A DNA stretch of 64,000 nt. Origin: Eutreptiella sp. 'Long Island Sound 2002'. Its lineage: Eukaryota; Protista; Euglenida. A program made the translations under genes and the position numbers. The notes below the pieces were generated by a model. That model was not told the DNA's origin. It was given only the letters and a program-made list of their open reading frames with translations, and did not search any database. Of this stretch, positions 1 through 12,500 are shown piece by piece. Where the stretch lies: contig OZ038379.1 in assembly GCA_964036045.1 (NCBI GenBank), forward strand, positions 24,304,001-24,368,000, in the 5' to 3' direction. The first letter of the stretch is position 1. Each line of letters opens with the position of its first letter.

Positions 1-1
1 T

Positions 2-1951
2 TTGCCCAAAGCGAAGGTTCACGACCTGCTGGGAGTGGGTGCACGGGGGGAAAGGGGGCGAGGAAGAGGGGACGGACAACGTCCCCGACTGGCAGGCGAG
101 GAGCTGAAGCGTCTGGACAGGTTGGCGGAACAAGTGTCCCTTCTGCCAGGCGTAAAGTGTCTCAGGCGTGAGATGGTGCACAAAATGATCTTGGGAATGG
201 GCGACGCTATGTGCGGATTGGAGGGCAGGGACGAGGGGCTGCGAGTTCTGTCTAGTACTCTGAGCAGGGTAGTGGACGGGGGGGACTTAGACGAGGAGGA
301 TGACGGGTATTATAGCAGCAGTGACGAGGAGGGGGAAGTTACAGATGCCATGGCGGCCAGGGGAGTAGGGGAGGCGGGGAGGGTTGTGGTCTCGCGGTCG
401 ATCTGGAATAAGGTTGTCCCCCCCGACCTCCTGAAGGTCTACAAAAGAGCCCAAAAGGAGAAGGGGGAGGGGGGAGACAGTGAGTTGGGCGGACGCCCGG
501 GGCCAGTGGACAAGATGCTGGAGTCCCTGCGCGTCACTACAGGGGGACTGCACAGGACATCCGCCCCCCCTACAGCTTGCATGTTTCTAACGTGGAAAAA
601 TGCACTACACTGTAGGGCAATCCTGGACGCCAGGCGAGTTAACGAAGGTGACCCTCGCCGCCCCCCGAGGTTCCGGCTCCCTGCTCTGGAGGACATCAGA
701 AACTGGATGGGCCAGACGAAACGGGGTATGAAGCGGGGTCGTGTGTTCCTCGCCAAGCTCGACCTCCAAAATGTCTACTGGAGCATCCACCTCCCGACTG
801 CCTGGAGGAGAATCTTTGTGGTGCAGGGGGGATCGGGGAGAAAGTTTTGGTATTCGCGACTGCCTTTCGGGTGGAGTTATAGTCTAGCTATCTGTCAGAG
901 GCTGGTGCAGGCTATTATTCGCCGCGTGCTATCCCGTCATGGGGTGAGGGGGTGGGTGTACTTGGATGATATCCTGATCTCTTGTCAGCGTCGGGGCAGG
1001 CTGAGGAGGGCGGTGCGTAATTGCAAGACTCGCCTCCGCAAGGCTGGATTTATAGTGGGAGACAAGAGTGAGACTACGCTGACGGAATGTTTGGGGTTTG
1101 TTGGAAAAACCCTAGACACACGTGCCGGCACTGTAAGCAACTCGGTGGGGGCACTGGTGGGCGCCTTTCGGGCCTGGGTCAGGGGGGTGGGCAGGGGGAA
1201 ACTCCCCACTGTTGCACTACGACGGCTGCTGGGAAAGCTCTGTTGGCTTGGCAGGCCGAACGCGGGACTGGCGTCATTTCTGGCGGGCGCCTACCGCTGC
1301 CTGCAGCGAGGTCTTGGGCACTTCAGTCGGGGGGTGGCTAAAGGGATCGCCACAGTCTTGACATTCTCATGTGTACCGCCGAGGGCAGATGTGCTTGGGG
1401 ATCGTGGGGCTGGGACCTGGGAAGTGTTTGCCGATGCGGCCCCAGAGGGTGAGTGTTTCCGAGTCGGGATTGTGGGGGAAAAGGGGTTTTATCGCTCCTC
1501 AATCTGCCCTGAGTGGGTTGCCTCTCTGCAACAGGCAGAGCTGTTCGCTGTTTATGCTGTTGCTAAGCTGGCCTCGTACCGCGGTTTTCAATCGGTGCGC
1601 ATCGGCTCGGATAGCAACGTGGCGCGCGCACAAATCAACTCACTGCGTGCCTGTGTGTGTGCGGGCCCCCAGCAGCGTATCCTCTGGCGCCTATTTTGGC
1701 TCCGCTGCTGGAGTGGCTGTTCCATCAGTTCCTTTAGAGTGAGGTCGGCGATCAACCCAGCTGATCCTCTAAGCAGGGTAGTCAGCTTCCAATCACGTGC
1801 ACAGGCGGTGGCAGATGCCGAGGGCCGTCGCGTGATGTGGGATAAGCAAACCGATGGAAAGTACGAGGGACTGGCGGAGATGATCCGGCCCCCCTGGAGA
1901 TTCGTTCTGGTGAAGGGGGGTGTGGGGCAGGGCGCGAGGAGGTGGCAGTGA
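2..1951 (+). CDS. Reverse transcriptase-RNase H (pol) of a tyrosine-recombinase retrotransposon (DIRS/Ngaro/VIPER group); 5'-partial but uninterrupted
   Basis: 649-aa open frame with KLDLQNVY, RLPFGW and YLDD (959-970), then DIRS-type RNase H (FADA...QAEL...GSDS...NPADPLSR). No C-terminal Dam methylase. Confidence 0.92.
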   Translation: MPKAKVHDLLGVGARGERGRGRGDGQRPRLAGEELKRLDRLAEQVSLLPGVKCLRREMVHKMILGMGDAMCGLEGRDEGLRVLSSTLSRVVDGGDLDEEDDGYYSSSDEEGEVTDAMAARGVGEAGRVVVSRSIWNKVVPPDLLKVYKRAQKEKGEGGDSELGGRPGPVDKMLESLRVTTGGLHRTSAPPTACMFLTWKNALHCRAILDARRVNEGDPRRPPRFRLPALEDIRNWMGQTKRGMKRGRVFLAKLDLQNVYWSIHLPTAWRRIFVVQGGSGRKFWYSRLPFGWSYSLAICQRLVQAIIRRVLSRHGVRGWVYLDDILISCQRRGRLRRAVRNCKTRLRKAGFIVGDKSETTLTECLGFVGKTLDTRAGTVSNSVGALVGAFRAWVRGVGRGKLPTVALRRLLGKLCWLGRPNAGLASFLAGAYRCLQRGLGHFSRGVAKGIATVLTFSCVPPRADVLGDRGAGTWEVFADAAPEGECFRVGIVGEKGFYRSSICPEWVASLQQAELFAVYAVAKLASYRGFQSVRIGSDSNVARAQINSLRACVCAGPQQRILWRLFWLRCWSGCSISSFRVRSAINPADPLSRVVSFQSRAQAVADAEGRRVMWDKQTDGKYEGLAEMIRPPWRFVLVKGGVGQGARRWQ

Positions 1952-1984
1952 GGAGGCCACCAGACGCGCAGTCGCGCGAAAAAT

Positions 1985-2299
1985 GTGCTGTCCGTGGAAT
2001 GTGAAACGAAGCGTCTCATGTCTTGGTGCAGGGTGTAGGGCTGGGGCAGGCAGAACCGCAGTTAGTTTAGCGAAGCGGGGTAACGCAGGTTGTGCCACCG
2101 GGGACCCCAGCACTACTTCCCCCCCCCTCCTGACATGTCCATTGCTCCCTTCCCACCTACCCCAACCCAGTCTTTTGTTTATTCTGTGCCTGTGGCGGGT
2201 CATCGGGCCACCCACCCGCCGAGGGTATCTCTGTTCCAGCAAGGTCTGGAGTGTTGTTTGGACGGCGATCATACTTTCATCCGTGCTGTCCGTGGAATG
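1985..2299 (+). repeat. Exact 17-bp direct repeat bracketing 281 bp just downstream of pol
   Basis: GTGCTGTCCGTGGAATG at 1985-2001 and 2283-2299. Confidence 0.8.
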
Positions 2300-5200
2300 C
2301 ATGAAAAAACAATTTCTTCATCCGGTTGGTCAGTTCAAGTTGTAGGGGAAGCGGATTGCAAAGAACAGTTTAACAACGTGCACCCGTGAACATCGACACA
2401 ACACATGCGTGAGGCGGCCGCTTGGCTGCGAAAGCGATGCCGTTGGTGGGCAGCCATGTTAGGTTGGAGCATTCGGTCAGAAACACACTTCCCATTTTTG
2501 GAGCGTCGCTTCCCATGATTGGTCGCAATCAACCTAACCACATTTTAGGAGCACTGCTCCCAAAAGGGTATGGGTAAATGCTTGGATTTCCAAGGAGCTG
2601 TGATTCCAAAACTGCTTCCCCTATCCCATGGTGATCCCATGAGTTTTCGCAAAAAAGTCTCAATCCTACCAGTTGTACTTGCCCCCCCCCCCCCGCCCCC
2701 CCACACATGTCTCCGTAGTGCTCATGGTATAAGAAAATGGTGCGTTGTACTGTTGCGTTATACTTGCTTGCTATCGTACCATTGTGCCCCAACCTCTCCA
2801 CCCCGTCCCTTCCGATTTCATTTTTCCAAAGTGAGGAAAGTGAACTCTTTAGGTCCGACCGCCATGCCCCTTTTCGTGAAGTCAAATGTCATCTCCACTC
2901 GCGTAGGATCTTTTCACTGTTCTACCCGACTAAATTGTGACATACACACCATGATGACCCCTGCCCCCCAAACTCTTGAATGGGAGATGACAAAATCTTT
3001 TGTTCTTTTTTTATGTTCCTTTTTTTTGGCTGACCACCAACCCACCTCTTTGCGAAAAGCAGTCCGTAGAGCCCCGGTGGCGCGGCTGATCTCTTGGGAT
3101 GCTAGGAGGGAAGAGCGACATGCGGACTGGTGTGGTCAGCCAAGGACATGACCAACAACCGCCTTTTTGTGCAAAATGGAGTGAATTTCATTCTCTCTAT
3201 GGGGATTTGCTTTGTTATGTTTCGTGCTGTTGCTGGTGCTCGTTGTACAAGGTTGGAGACACAAGCCACGTGGGACCATGCAAATTGGAGTTGATGCCCT
3301 ATACATCTGCCGTCTTTCCTTTGCCTCTTTTCGTGCCGCATTTTGCGCTCCAAGGTACCACAATTTTGAATTGGCACATAGAAAGAACTACTTCTTTCTC
3401 CAGCACACCATGCTTGACACGGGGCATGATGGCAGCACCCCCCCTAGGAGGTGCAATCTGATTACAGGGGCCCCAGACCAGCGGTGCCGTCAGAGTGGCA
3501 GGGCACTGGTGCGGTTTTGTGCGGACCATGTTACACTCAAAGGAGGCCCCCCAACTGTTCGTCCGTGTCATCGTGCCGCCGCATGCAAGGCCCAGCAACT
3601 AATAGGTAAGTAAGCCATGCCCCAGGCACATAGCTGCTTCCTCTGTTGTCTATATGCAGCACTTTGGTTCGGCGCTTCTCTCAAGGAGGCAATGGCGGAA
3701 CACATTTTTAATCTGTTGAAAACATTGCCTTTTCATCTTCATCTTTGGCGCCCCCCTTCCCTAAAGTGCTGCAGTTCGGCGACGAGCAGTCCAACCTCCA
3801 AGTCCTCCAACTGGTCAGAGTGGGAGGTCCCCGAGTTGCAGCTGCTAGGAGATGCCCTTCCGTCCCCTTGGAACAAGGACACCGAGAAACCCCTCTCGCA
3901 ATTGGTTTGCCCGCAAACACCCATTCTGACACTCCCTCCCTCAGCTCCATCCCCATGCTATGTGCCCTCACCACGTCGAATTCCCCCACCTACCACCAAA
4001 GCTCGTACCAGCAGATGCTGAATCGCCCCCCTCTTGTCAAGGCCACCGACCCCATTGCCCCCCCGAGCAGAGTAGTCGTTGGGCCAAACCCTCGAGTGGG
4101 TACTTCAACATGGGGTGGCCATGGAATAACTTTGCTATGTGCCTGTGAGCTTCATCGCTATGTCACTACTGTTGCACTGCGATGCAAACTGGCGGGCATT
4201 CTTGTTGACACTAAACAATACCGTAGCCTTGTCTGCCGCCGCTTTTGCAGTGGCGTTTTGTTCACTGGGCGTGAAGCCTGCAGATTTTCAGCTCTGGCAG
4301 CCCGGGGTTGTAAACTCCCCTGCCCTTTCATCTCCTATTTTTATCTTATTGCAAGGTTGTCACGCTCTCGCACAGCTTTGACACTGGCTTCCCCCAAGGG
4401 GTATGGGAGGCATGGGGCAAAATACATGTGTTTTTGATCCATCTCATTTTGGAATGTGTAGAAAGTGGGTCAACGGCCACATTTTACCTACATGGCCTGT
4501 CCCATGCTTTCGCTCAGCTGCCCCTCCAATTTAGCGATGAGGCAGGCAAATGTGATTTGCGAAGTGGAAAGACGTTTGTCACCCCAACCACTACCTGGGG
4601 GCGTGTTGCACGCTGTGCGTGCGCTATGCACAACGTTTGTCCAAGAATGTGCCCAACCTACATAGCAGTGTTTAGTACCAATGACGAATAGCCTTGTTGT
4701 GCATTTATATGAGTTCTTTGCATGCCTAGCCCTCATTTTTGTTGCATTTGTGCGTGTTGTTGTGCATGTCACTCTAAAAGGGTACCTGATTCGGTGCTAT
4801 GGTGAAACATTCGGGTACCCTATTCGGCAGCCTCCATTACTCTGCTGTCTCTCAGACCTTCATGTCCACATCAATGGAAAGGGACGGCCGCGTGCGGTCC
4901 CCTTCACTGCCCCCCTCCTGGGCAGCCCGCCGTTAGTCTCCTCGCATCACTAGAGGCTAAGCGGCGCGATCCCCCGCCATTGCAGTGACCGAATACACCG
5001 TGTACATTGGTGTCACAGCCATAGTCGGCACGGCCCCCCTCCGCCTCGACCGCCGGTACCCCCTCTTCAGCGGCGCGATATGTATTTATGCCAATTGCGT
5101 GCACACAAGGAAACTTCAGAGTGCTGCCAATGCCCTCTGTTTTTGTGCCATAAATGCATGGCTGATCACTCGTGTGACTTGCCAAATGATGAGCCCTTAT

Positions 5201-6711
5201 AATACTGTACAGTTTCTTACGTTCAGACATTGAGAAAAACCGCGTATTTCAAATAATTTCACTTTAGATGTGTTCATTGTGCATGTGCTTCTCATTCTGT
5301 TGTAAGGTGCCGTTGAGGATGCAATGTGCGGCCTTGGCTGGCTTGGGGAGGGGGGTATGGGTGAAACATCAGGTTGTACAACATTGTGGTGCTCTTGAAT
5401 GGTGTATAAAGACAAAAATATTAGCAGTAGTAACAAAAACCCCATTTTCTCCATGCAATAGCCGCGCTGTGCAGTAACGCCCCCCCCCCCCTTGTCTTGA
5501 GGCCAGGTTTAGGGCGACCCTGAGCCATGAGCAAGATATGAAATTTAAAGACCGTAAGCTCGGACGGTCGGAGGCGCATCTATAGAAGCCTATTCACAGG
5601 GGCGTGGTCTTGGAATAGTATGTGCTCAGTGCCTTCCTTGAGTGGCGTGCCATTGCTGAGTGCATCATCCGTGCACTACTGGACCTACCGTCGGTGAGAG
5701 TTCTCTGTCACGGTCTAACCCAGCACCCTGCAAGAACATAATGTCTATTGCATCTGCGGACGGTGCGGTAGGGAAAGCATTGGGCTACGGGAGTGGGTTG
5801 CAATCCGAATGGAAACCCTGCAAGGGTGGCCCCCCATTCTCGTACCTGCCAGTTGGTGCGTTCTTGCTGCATAGGGAACGCAAGGTAGAGACCAAGGCTC
5901 ACAGAAATGAGCAGAGAAAAGGGAGGGCTGTGGTTGTGGAGCCCCATCTCTCCCCTCTCGTAGTTGTCCGTGACCTAAGCCGCGCGGACTCGTCTGTCGA
6001 GTATGTGCCACCGGGGCATGCGTAGAGGCAGAGAGCTCCACCAGACGCATTCATTCCATTTGCACAGCAAAGCAACATCGGCGCATCGTGGTTGATGTTG
6101 AGGATGCATCAGGCGCTAACCCAGATGACCCATCTCACCGCGGGGGGATCGTTAATGGATGGCAATGACAGTGGGAGCTAGAGTGGCAATGGTCACTCCA
6201 CTGACAGCGATGCAACCAACACTGGTGTCACTGTCAGCAATTCAGAAGCCGAGGCTGCCCCACCTCCCCCACCAGCCAAGAAACGTTCCGCCGGATAGGT
6301 TCGTGTTCAAGCCAGAGTGCAATTTTGCCACTAATGCCATTGATGTGCATGCGGAATCTGTTTCATCCCGGTGACCCATTTGCTAACTGAGGGAATTTTT
6401 TTGTGACAGACACCGAGGAAGCACTTTAAAAAAAAGAAAAGAAATAATAAGGAACGGCGAGGGAGGGCTAACCTTTTCCGGGGGGTGGGGGGCTAGGGCG
6501 GGGGAGTGCTATGTGAGTCGTTCCTACGATTAGGGACTTGTGATTGGCCATGCCTAGCCATGGCAGCTGGGGCAGCTTCTTGTTGAGGAGTGGCAGAGTA
6601 GGGTAGAGTAGCTTCCGGTGTCTCGGGCCGGGGGGTGGGTGGGGTTTTTTTGTTCAAAATCAATTTGTGTGTGTGGGGGTGGGGTCAATTGTTCTGTCAT
6701 GCTTAACGAGT

Positions 6712-6830
6712 TAGTCGGAAATCCCGCCTGAAAACACGTCCGATGTTTTTGCATCCCACGGGATTTTAGACAGTTTGGTTGGAGTTTCCGTTGGGGTTTC
6801 GGTCAGGATTTTGTTTGCGTGGCACGTGGG
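6712..6830 (+). repeat. Diverged dispersed repeat shared with ~33700-33855
   Basis: GTCGGAAATC...GAAAAC...TCCGAT.TTTTT.CATCCC..GGGATT followed by GGGGTTTCGGTC at both loci. Confidence 0.55.
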
Positions 6831-8211
6831 TTGGAAAATCTACACTTGGGGGTGCAAAGTTACCTCGGAAATGGTAACCTACTCACGGGCCCAAAATGCC
6901 ACTTTGGCGAAACAGTCTCTCAGGAGTGTGCACAGAAAACCAATTTGAAAAATGTTTGACACAAGCCATTCCATGGTACCGATAGCAATTTATTCTTCTG
7001 CTGGCAGTAGAACAAAGGCGGATCAAGGCACTATGTCCAACCGTTTCAAAGGTGTGTTTCCGGCGCTGTTTCAAGGGGGGGGGGTTGGCGCAGGGTTATG
7101 CACATGCACATGGGTTTATTTCCTGCCGAATAGCGGTCACACACATGTCCTGTGCCTATTACGGTAGTGAATATTGCCCTCTAGGCAGGTAAAAAAGGGG
7201 GTACTCATTGGCACCGTCTATTTCTTTCCATCTATAAGGCTCATACTACCGACTACACCTCGTTATGCATTGCTGGGGGCGCATCACATCGCTACCGGCG
7301 TTGCAATTAGTAGCTCAACAGGCTTCCTCCCATTTTTGCTGTCTTTTTTTGCTGCCAGCAGCAGAGCTGCTATAGTGCAATACATGGTACGTAATACATG
7401 TCGTATGTCCAGAAAACTATGGACTATGCCCCCAGTGTACCCCGCATTTCTCGGCTATATGCCCCTTTAGTGGGGGACCATGTCGTGGTGCGATATGCAC
7501 CTGCAGGTGGTGTTGACGGTGTTGGGCATGGAAACTACGCCCACCATTCGACGATCCACCATGCATACCGTTGCCCTAGATGACCGGGTACCAGTTTTCG
7601 GGTTTCCATTTTTTATCAATTTTTTCCGCTCAAAAAAACGCTATTTCCTGCCTCATATGTGTCAAGTACAAGACTTCACGGGTCATGGGCCACTCTCTAA
7701 TTAATGTACTTCACCCCTCACGCACATTTCTTTACAATTCCCCCTGCTGTAGGCGTGCAAGAGAACTCCCACAATGATTCTATTGTTGGCAGTAGAATAG
7801 GTCACGGTGTCCATCAAGGGTCACAACGTGGTGCTGCGCTCTACTGTTGCCTCATGGATACCTATGGATCTGGCCTTGTCTGTTCATGTCATCACCATAC
7901 CGTGATTGTTTCACGACATAGGCCTTGTCGATGTATGGTTCGCGTCCCATTGTACACATACTTGTCCTATTGTCTTCTGATCAGCATACACTGAAGAATG
8001 TAGCCACAGGTGCTTGTATGCTGTCCTCTGCATTAGTATCCTGTTTCGGAAACGTTGGAACATAGATCAATGTCCACCCTATTGGGGTACCGTTCTGTAG
8101 TGTCCGTTGAAACTGAGGTTTAATGCATTTCCTAAAAATGCCTTTGTCTTAGCATGTATGCAGCAATGCACATGTTTCACTTTTGCACTTAGTCAATTTT
8201 CATAATCGGGG

Positions 8212-9440
8212 ATGGAGGGTGCGCCGCATGGGTTGGACGCCCTCATCAATGTCTCAGCCGAACATTGGGAAAAGTGGTCAGACCATGTCGGTAGGAAACA
8301 GGTGCTGGACCTGTGCCAATGTAGAGTGGAACAGGATAAATCAAGGACACGGTTGGGTGGCCAGAATCGAGCATGCGATCCAACAGGTAGTGCCTACAGT
8401 GCATGACGTCAAGGAACAATGGAACGTGGTGATGGCGTACGAGCTCTACATAGGGACACTCCTGAAGGTGCCAGAACTAGTGTTCATGCCCGGAGCGCTG
8501 GAGAAGGACAAGCCTGAGATCTGGGTCAAAAGGCTGGACCAGTACAGGATGGCCGACATGAAATTGCTATCGGACAAGCGACAGAAGGTGGAGAATTTTG
8601 ACGGAGGAGGACGTAGTCCAGGAGCCCACAGTGGGAGGCAGGCGGGGAACGCTAAGATCCTGGACTCCGGCGGCGGGACACCTAAGAAGCAGATCATGGG
8701 GCCTGGAGGTAATGAAGGAGCAGGAGCAACCCCGCCCAAGGACATGACTGGCAGGGTGGTTGCGCCGATGGATGAGGATAGGACGACAGCCGGTATGGAG
8801 TTGCTCATCCTACAGGAGGAACCACTGGGCCTAAACAGAGACAATGTGCGTCGAGTCAGGAAACGAAAGAGGCCCCGAAGTGGGTGTGCAAGCTGTCAAA
8901 AATGGTGGAGACAATGGCAAAAGACAGTGCAGGACGTGCCAATGGGTGTGATCGCACAGGTGTGGGACATTATCATGGAGCTCGAAAAGGATGATAGACG
9001 GCTCCACAAGGACGACGCCAAAAGCAAGAGGCAACGCGAACGAGAGAGGAGAAAGAAAGCAAAGGCGAAGACAAAGAAGTGAGGAAAGAACGAACATAAG
9101 CGCCGGAAAAGCGAGAGCCGAAAGAAGTCCAAAAGGGCGAAGACGGATTTGACAGATGACTCCAGGTCGACCAGCGCCTCCTCCGATACCACAAGTTGAG
9201 ACCCATCGCGCGACTCCCCGTCCGACTCCGACAGTTCATCTAACAAGGACAAGAAGAGCAAGTCACGGGATGGGGGGGGCCACGACAGAAGGCTAAAGCC
9301 GAGGAGAGGACGCCCAGAAGATTTCGAGGTAAGGTGGATCAATGGCCGCAACCTCTTTCACACCAACAAGGGCACCTGGCAGGACTGCACCAACCCGCCC
9401 TCATGACCATGCACGTTTTGTGGCAACCGCCCCTGGGCGT
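8212..9440 (+). pseudogene. Gag-like ORF1 of YR retrotransposon, frameshifted
   Basis: Starts MEGAPHGLDAL (MQGVPHGLDAL in the 59968 copy). Has a basic coiled coil, a Ser/Asp tract and a C-terminal Cys/His cluster (WQDCTNPPS-PCxFC). Several frameshifts and stops. Confidence 0.65.
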
Positions 9441-9499
9441 TCTAGAGTGCCGAGTTCGGAGGCCGCTGAGGCGTCCCAGCGGACCCCCGTGTCCCAAGG

Positions 9500-10400
9500 G
9501 GGCGGTTGCTGGCAAACCATTGGACTGGCGAACGTGACAAGCAGGCGATTCGGGTCAGGAACACGCTGGCGGCCTTCGTGGAGGAGGCAGAGCGCAAGAT
9601 CAGCGGCTCATATGAGGCTACACCATGGCGGAAAGTGGTGGATGGCACCAGAAAGGCGTGCATTGGGGCAATGTACAAGTTCTTGCGGTGTAGGAGGATT
9701 AAGGGCCTCCTATCACCACGTGAAGCGCTCAAGGGGCGCATGCCACAGGTGGCCATGGATGGCCAGTACGAGTCACCGGTTACCGCCTTGCGGTTAGGAC
9801 TACGCTGCGGGGAGAAGATGTCCATCATTCTAGCCATTGTGGTGCCAACAAACTGAGTCGCTGGAGAGACTCAGGATATTGAAAAACTCGCGGAACATCC
9901 GATGGGCTGAAGGTAACATTATTTGCAGGATTGCCAAGACAAAAGGCACGTGGGATTGGAAGGAATCGAATGCCTTGGAATTGCCGTCCTATCGCTGACA
10001 AACTTGCTGCGCATCGGCGAAGCATGGGTGGTGTCCTCACCTGGAGCTGGCAAGCTCGGCTTCATAGCGGAGAAGTCACGGTGTGGAGAACATGAGCAGG
10101 ACCTCGGATCCTAGCCATTGTGTTGGATGCGATTCATCAGAGAGGAGCGTCAAAAACGTGGGGTGGCAGAAGGCCGTCCACATGGGTATCGGTCACCAGT
10201 GGACTTGGAAGAAGCTTGGGTGGCGCTCGTGGCAGGCACCTAGCCCGAGCACTACAAGTGGTACAGTCAGCCTGGAACGCCGCTTTGGCTGTTTGGCTGT
10301 TGAGCGGGTGTGATGGGCCAATGAAGGGGAGGACACCACCACTTCCCCCGCCCGGAGAGGGGGGGAGGGTTGCCAGAGCCAAGACCCCGATTGCCTTGGT
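9500..10400 (+). pseudogene. Tyrosine recombinase remnant
   Basis: N-terminal segment YEAT-WRK-GTRKA, box-I-like LLRIGEA (10004-10024), EKSR, and a degenerate box II (YKWYS...). Broken by stops and frameshifts. Confidence 0.7.
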
Positions 10401-11789
10401 TTCTTTGTTGGCAGCCATGGAGCACCGCGGATGATGGGCGCTCAGGGTTGACACGTGTTCCCGTCGTGATTGCTCGTGTCCGCTTAATTTCAGTGCAGGC
10501 GTCAGGATATCACTTGGTCCAGCTTTTAGTTGGATGCACACATATTACGATGTTTTTATTTCTTGACGAGATGTTCCCGTTTTTTGCGTTTACCGGCGCA
10601 GGGTCCAAGGGGAAAATGATTTCCTCTCGAAATAGGGCCCCAAGTGGACCGGTAGCTGTTTTGTTTGGCATGCATTGCACAGAGGAAGGGAGTGTGAACT
10701 GCGGTTTGCGTAGAAACTAAAGTTTAATGTATTCCTTGAATCTGCTACTATCTTAGCATGTATGCAACATGCGCATGTGTTCCCATTTCCGCTTAGTCGG
10801 TTTTCATAATCGAGGATGGAGGGTCCCACCCACTCGCCCTTCGGACAGTGTCTACCCCTTGAGATAAGGGACTTCGAACTCGACCAACGCCGCTACGAAA
10901 AGTGCTACAGGGCCCAAGTGGACCGGCAACCATTTTGTTTCGCATGCATTGCACGGAGGAAGGGAGTGTAAACTGCTGCTGGCGGTAGAATACGCTGCGA
11001 TGGGTTGTGTCCTATCATTAGTGCATACTACATCTGTGAAACCCTACCAACATGCAACACATTCTGCATGCTGGTGTACTACGCCCGGGCCACCTCGCCA
11101 CAAGGTGCGACTTGTTCTAATGCTGACAGTAGAAGCTCCCCTCACGCTGTGGCCCATGTCCTACACCACGCCCTCCGGTGCCATTGACTTAGACATGTTG
11201 TGTAGTCTCCTTAACACAGAGACCCCATATCAATCCGCCGAGCATCTATATGGGGATGCTGCTGATGGTGGTCAGGCAGATTTCTTGGTGGACTTCTGCC
11301 TGCAGCCGCGCATCAACCCCAAGGCCCGCCAGCAGAACTCTTTGAACAACTTCAAGGAGGACGGAGGTCGATACCAACCATCTGTATGGTACACCGTACC
11401 GTGCTCAAGCTTAGTCATCCAGGTACGGCCCGTGCAAGCGTGCCTCAAGACACATCAAGGGTTAGAAACGGGTTCGTGTTCAGCTTGCCGTGTTTGCTGT
11501 CAGGCCATCAGGCGCCTGTGGCGACCCGGGTAGATGTTAGTGAGAAGGAGGTTCTACGGATGTCGCAACACAAGGGGGGAACACTTGTTGCCTGTGCAGA
11601 TAAGTTCCACAAAGCCCGGTACTCCAAAAACTCGGCCACTCGACGCGACACTCTGCACAGCCTAGACCAGTTGTGTAAGTCATTTTAGGCTCCAATCTTA
11701 CACATTTTAGTTTTCTGGGCTCAACAGAGCCCAGGCTACAAGTTATTCCCTGTGTGTCAACCCCCGTTACAACAATTGGCTCACATATA

Positions 11790-12500
11790 CAGTGATCAAG
11801 TGGCCGCGCGACATGGCCCTGGTTGAAGTGGTATACCTTTCTCGCCGCACTAACATAGTCAACCAAAACATTGTTCCCGATCCGGTCAGCAAGAACATGA
11901 ATCAAGGATACAACTCCTGCATACATGATTGGAGGGCAATGATCAAACACACTCGCCACACGAGGCACCACATCATCTAGATGGAAATGCCAAAACCACG
12001 CCCATTGTGTACTTCAGCGCTGTGTGGGTCTACTCGTTGACCTTGCCGGTCCAGCTGCAGCGAAAATGCACTATGTCCGCACCATATGCTGCGCACTTTC
12101 GTACAATACGCAATGGCACGACCACACACGCGGTGCCGCCCATGTGGAGGAATGTTGTGAGGCCTTGCCCGCAAAATTGCGGGCACGGTGTAAGCAACAC
12201 CCCGACAAGCACATGGCGGATGAGGCTGGTGACCTTTTCCGCACCATGCCCCCCCGTCAGCGGGTACGTGCAACGGAGTCCCTCTCCGAAAGTGTGTGTG
12301 TAGAGGTGCGGGACAGCGTATGGGCACTAATGCGTGGTGCAGGATGGGAGTAGCATCCCACTGCGCGATGGTCCTCGGGTCCAGTCAGTGGCACACAACA
12401 TATGCGTTGCCCAAAAAGGGAACCGGGGGTACGCTAATTGTTGCGTTTATGAATTCTATTCTAAGCTCCGCGATGATGCCATAGATTACATACGGCAACT
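11790..12500 (+). pseudogene. Possible Ulp1-like (clan CE) protease remnant
   Basis: Fragments NHAHCVL..GLLVDL..KMHYV and VAQKGNRGYANCCVY loosely fit H...D...Q..C spacing. Heavily degraded. Confidence 0.22.

Larger units (their letters stand above)
8109..10976 (+). mobile_element. Decayed YR retrotransposon (gag-like + tyrosine recombinase, pol absent) with split-direct-repeat-like ends
   Basis: Gag-like and YR remnants. Repeat A at 8109-8220 and 10713-10824; repeat B at 10634-10702 and 10909-10976. Homologous copy at 59866-61655. Confidence 0.75.

Noticed and set aside
6142-6155. GGGGGGATCGTTA resembling the left end of element 2
   Set aside because: No 11-mer doublet and no matching right end or TSD.
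5478-7085. Poly-C-TTG ... CAA-poly-G pair as another TA element
   Set aside because: No TA flanks, and similarity is limited to the homopolymer plus 3 bp.
2400-8100. Scattered short ORFs and possible decayed element fragments
   Set aside because: No motif or structure could be assigned with confidence.
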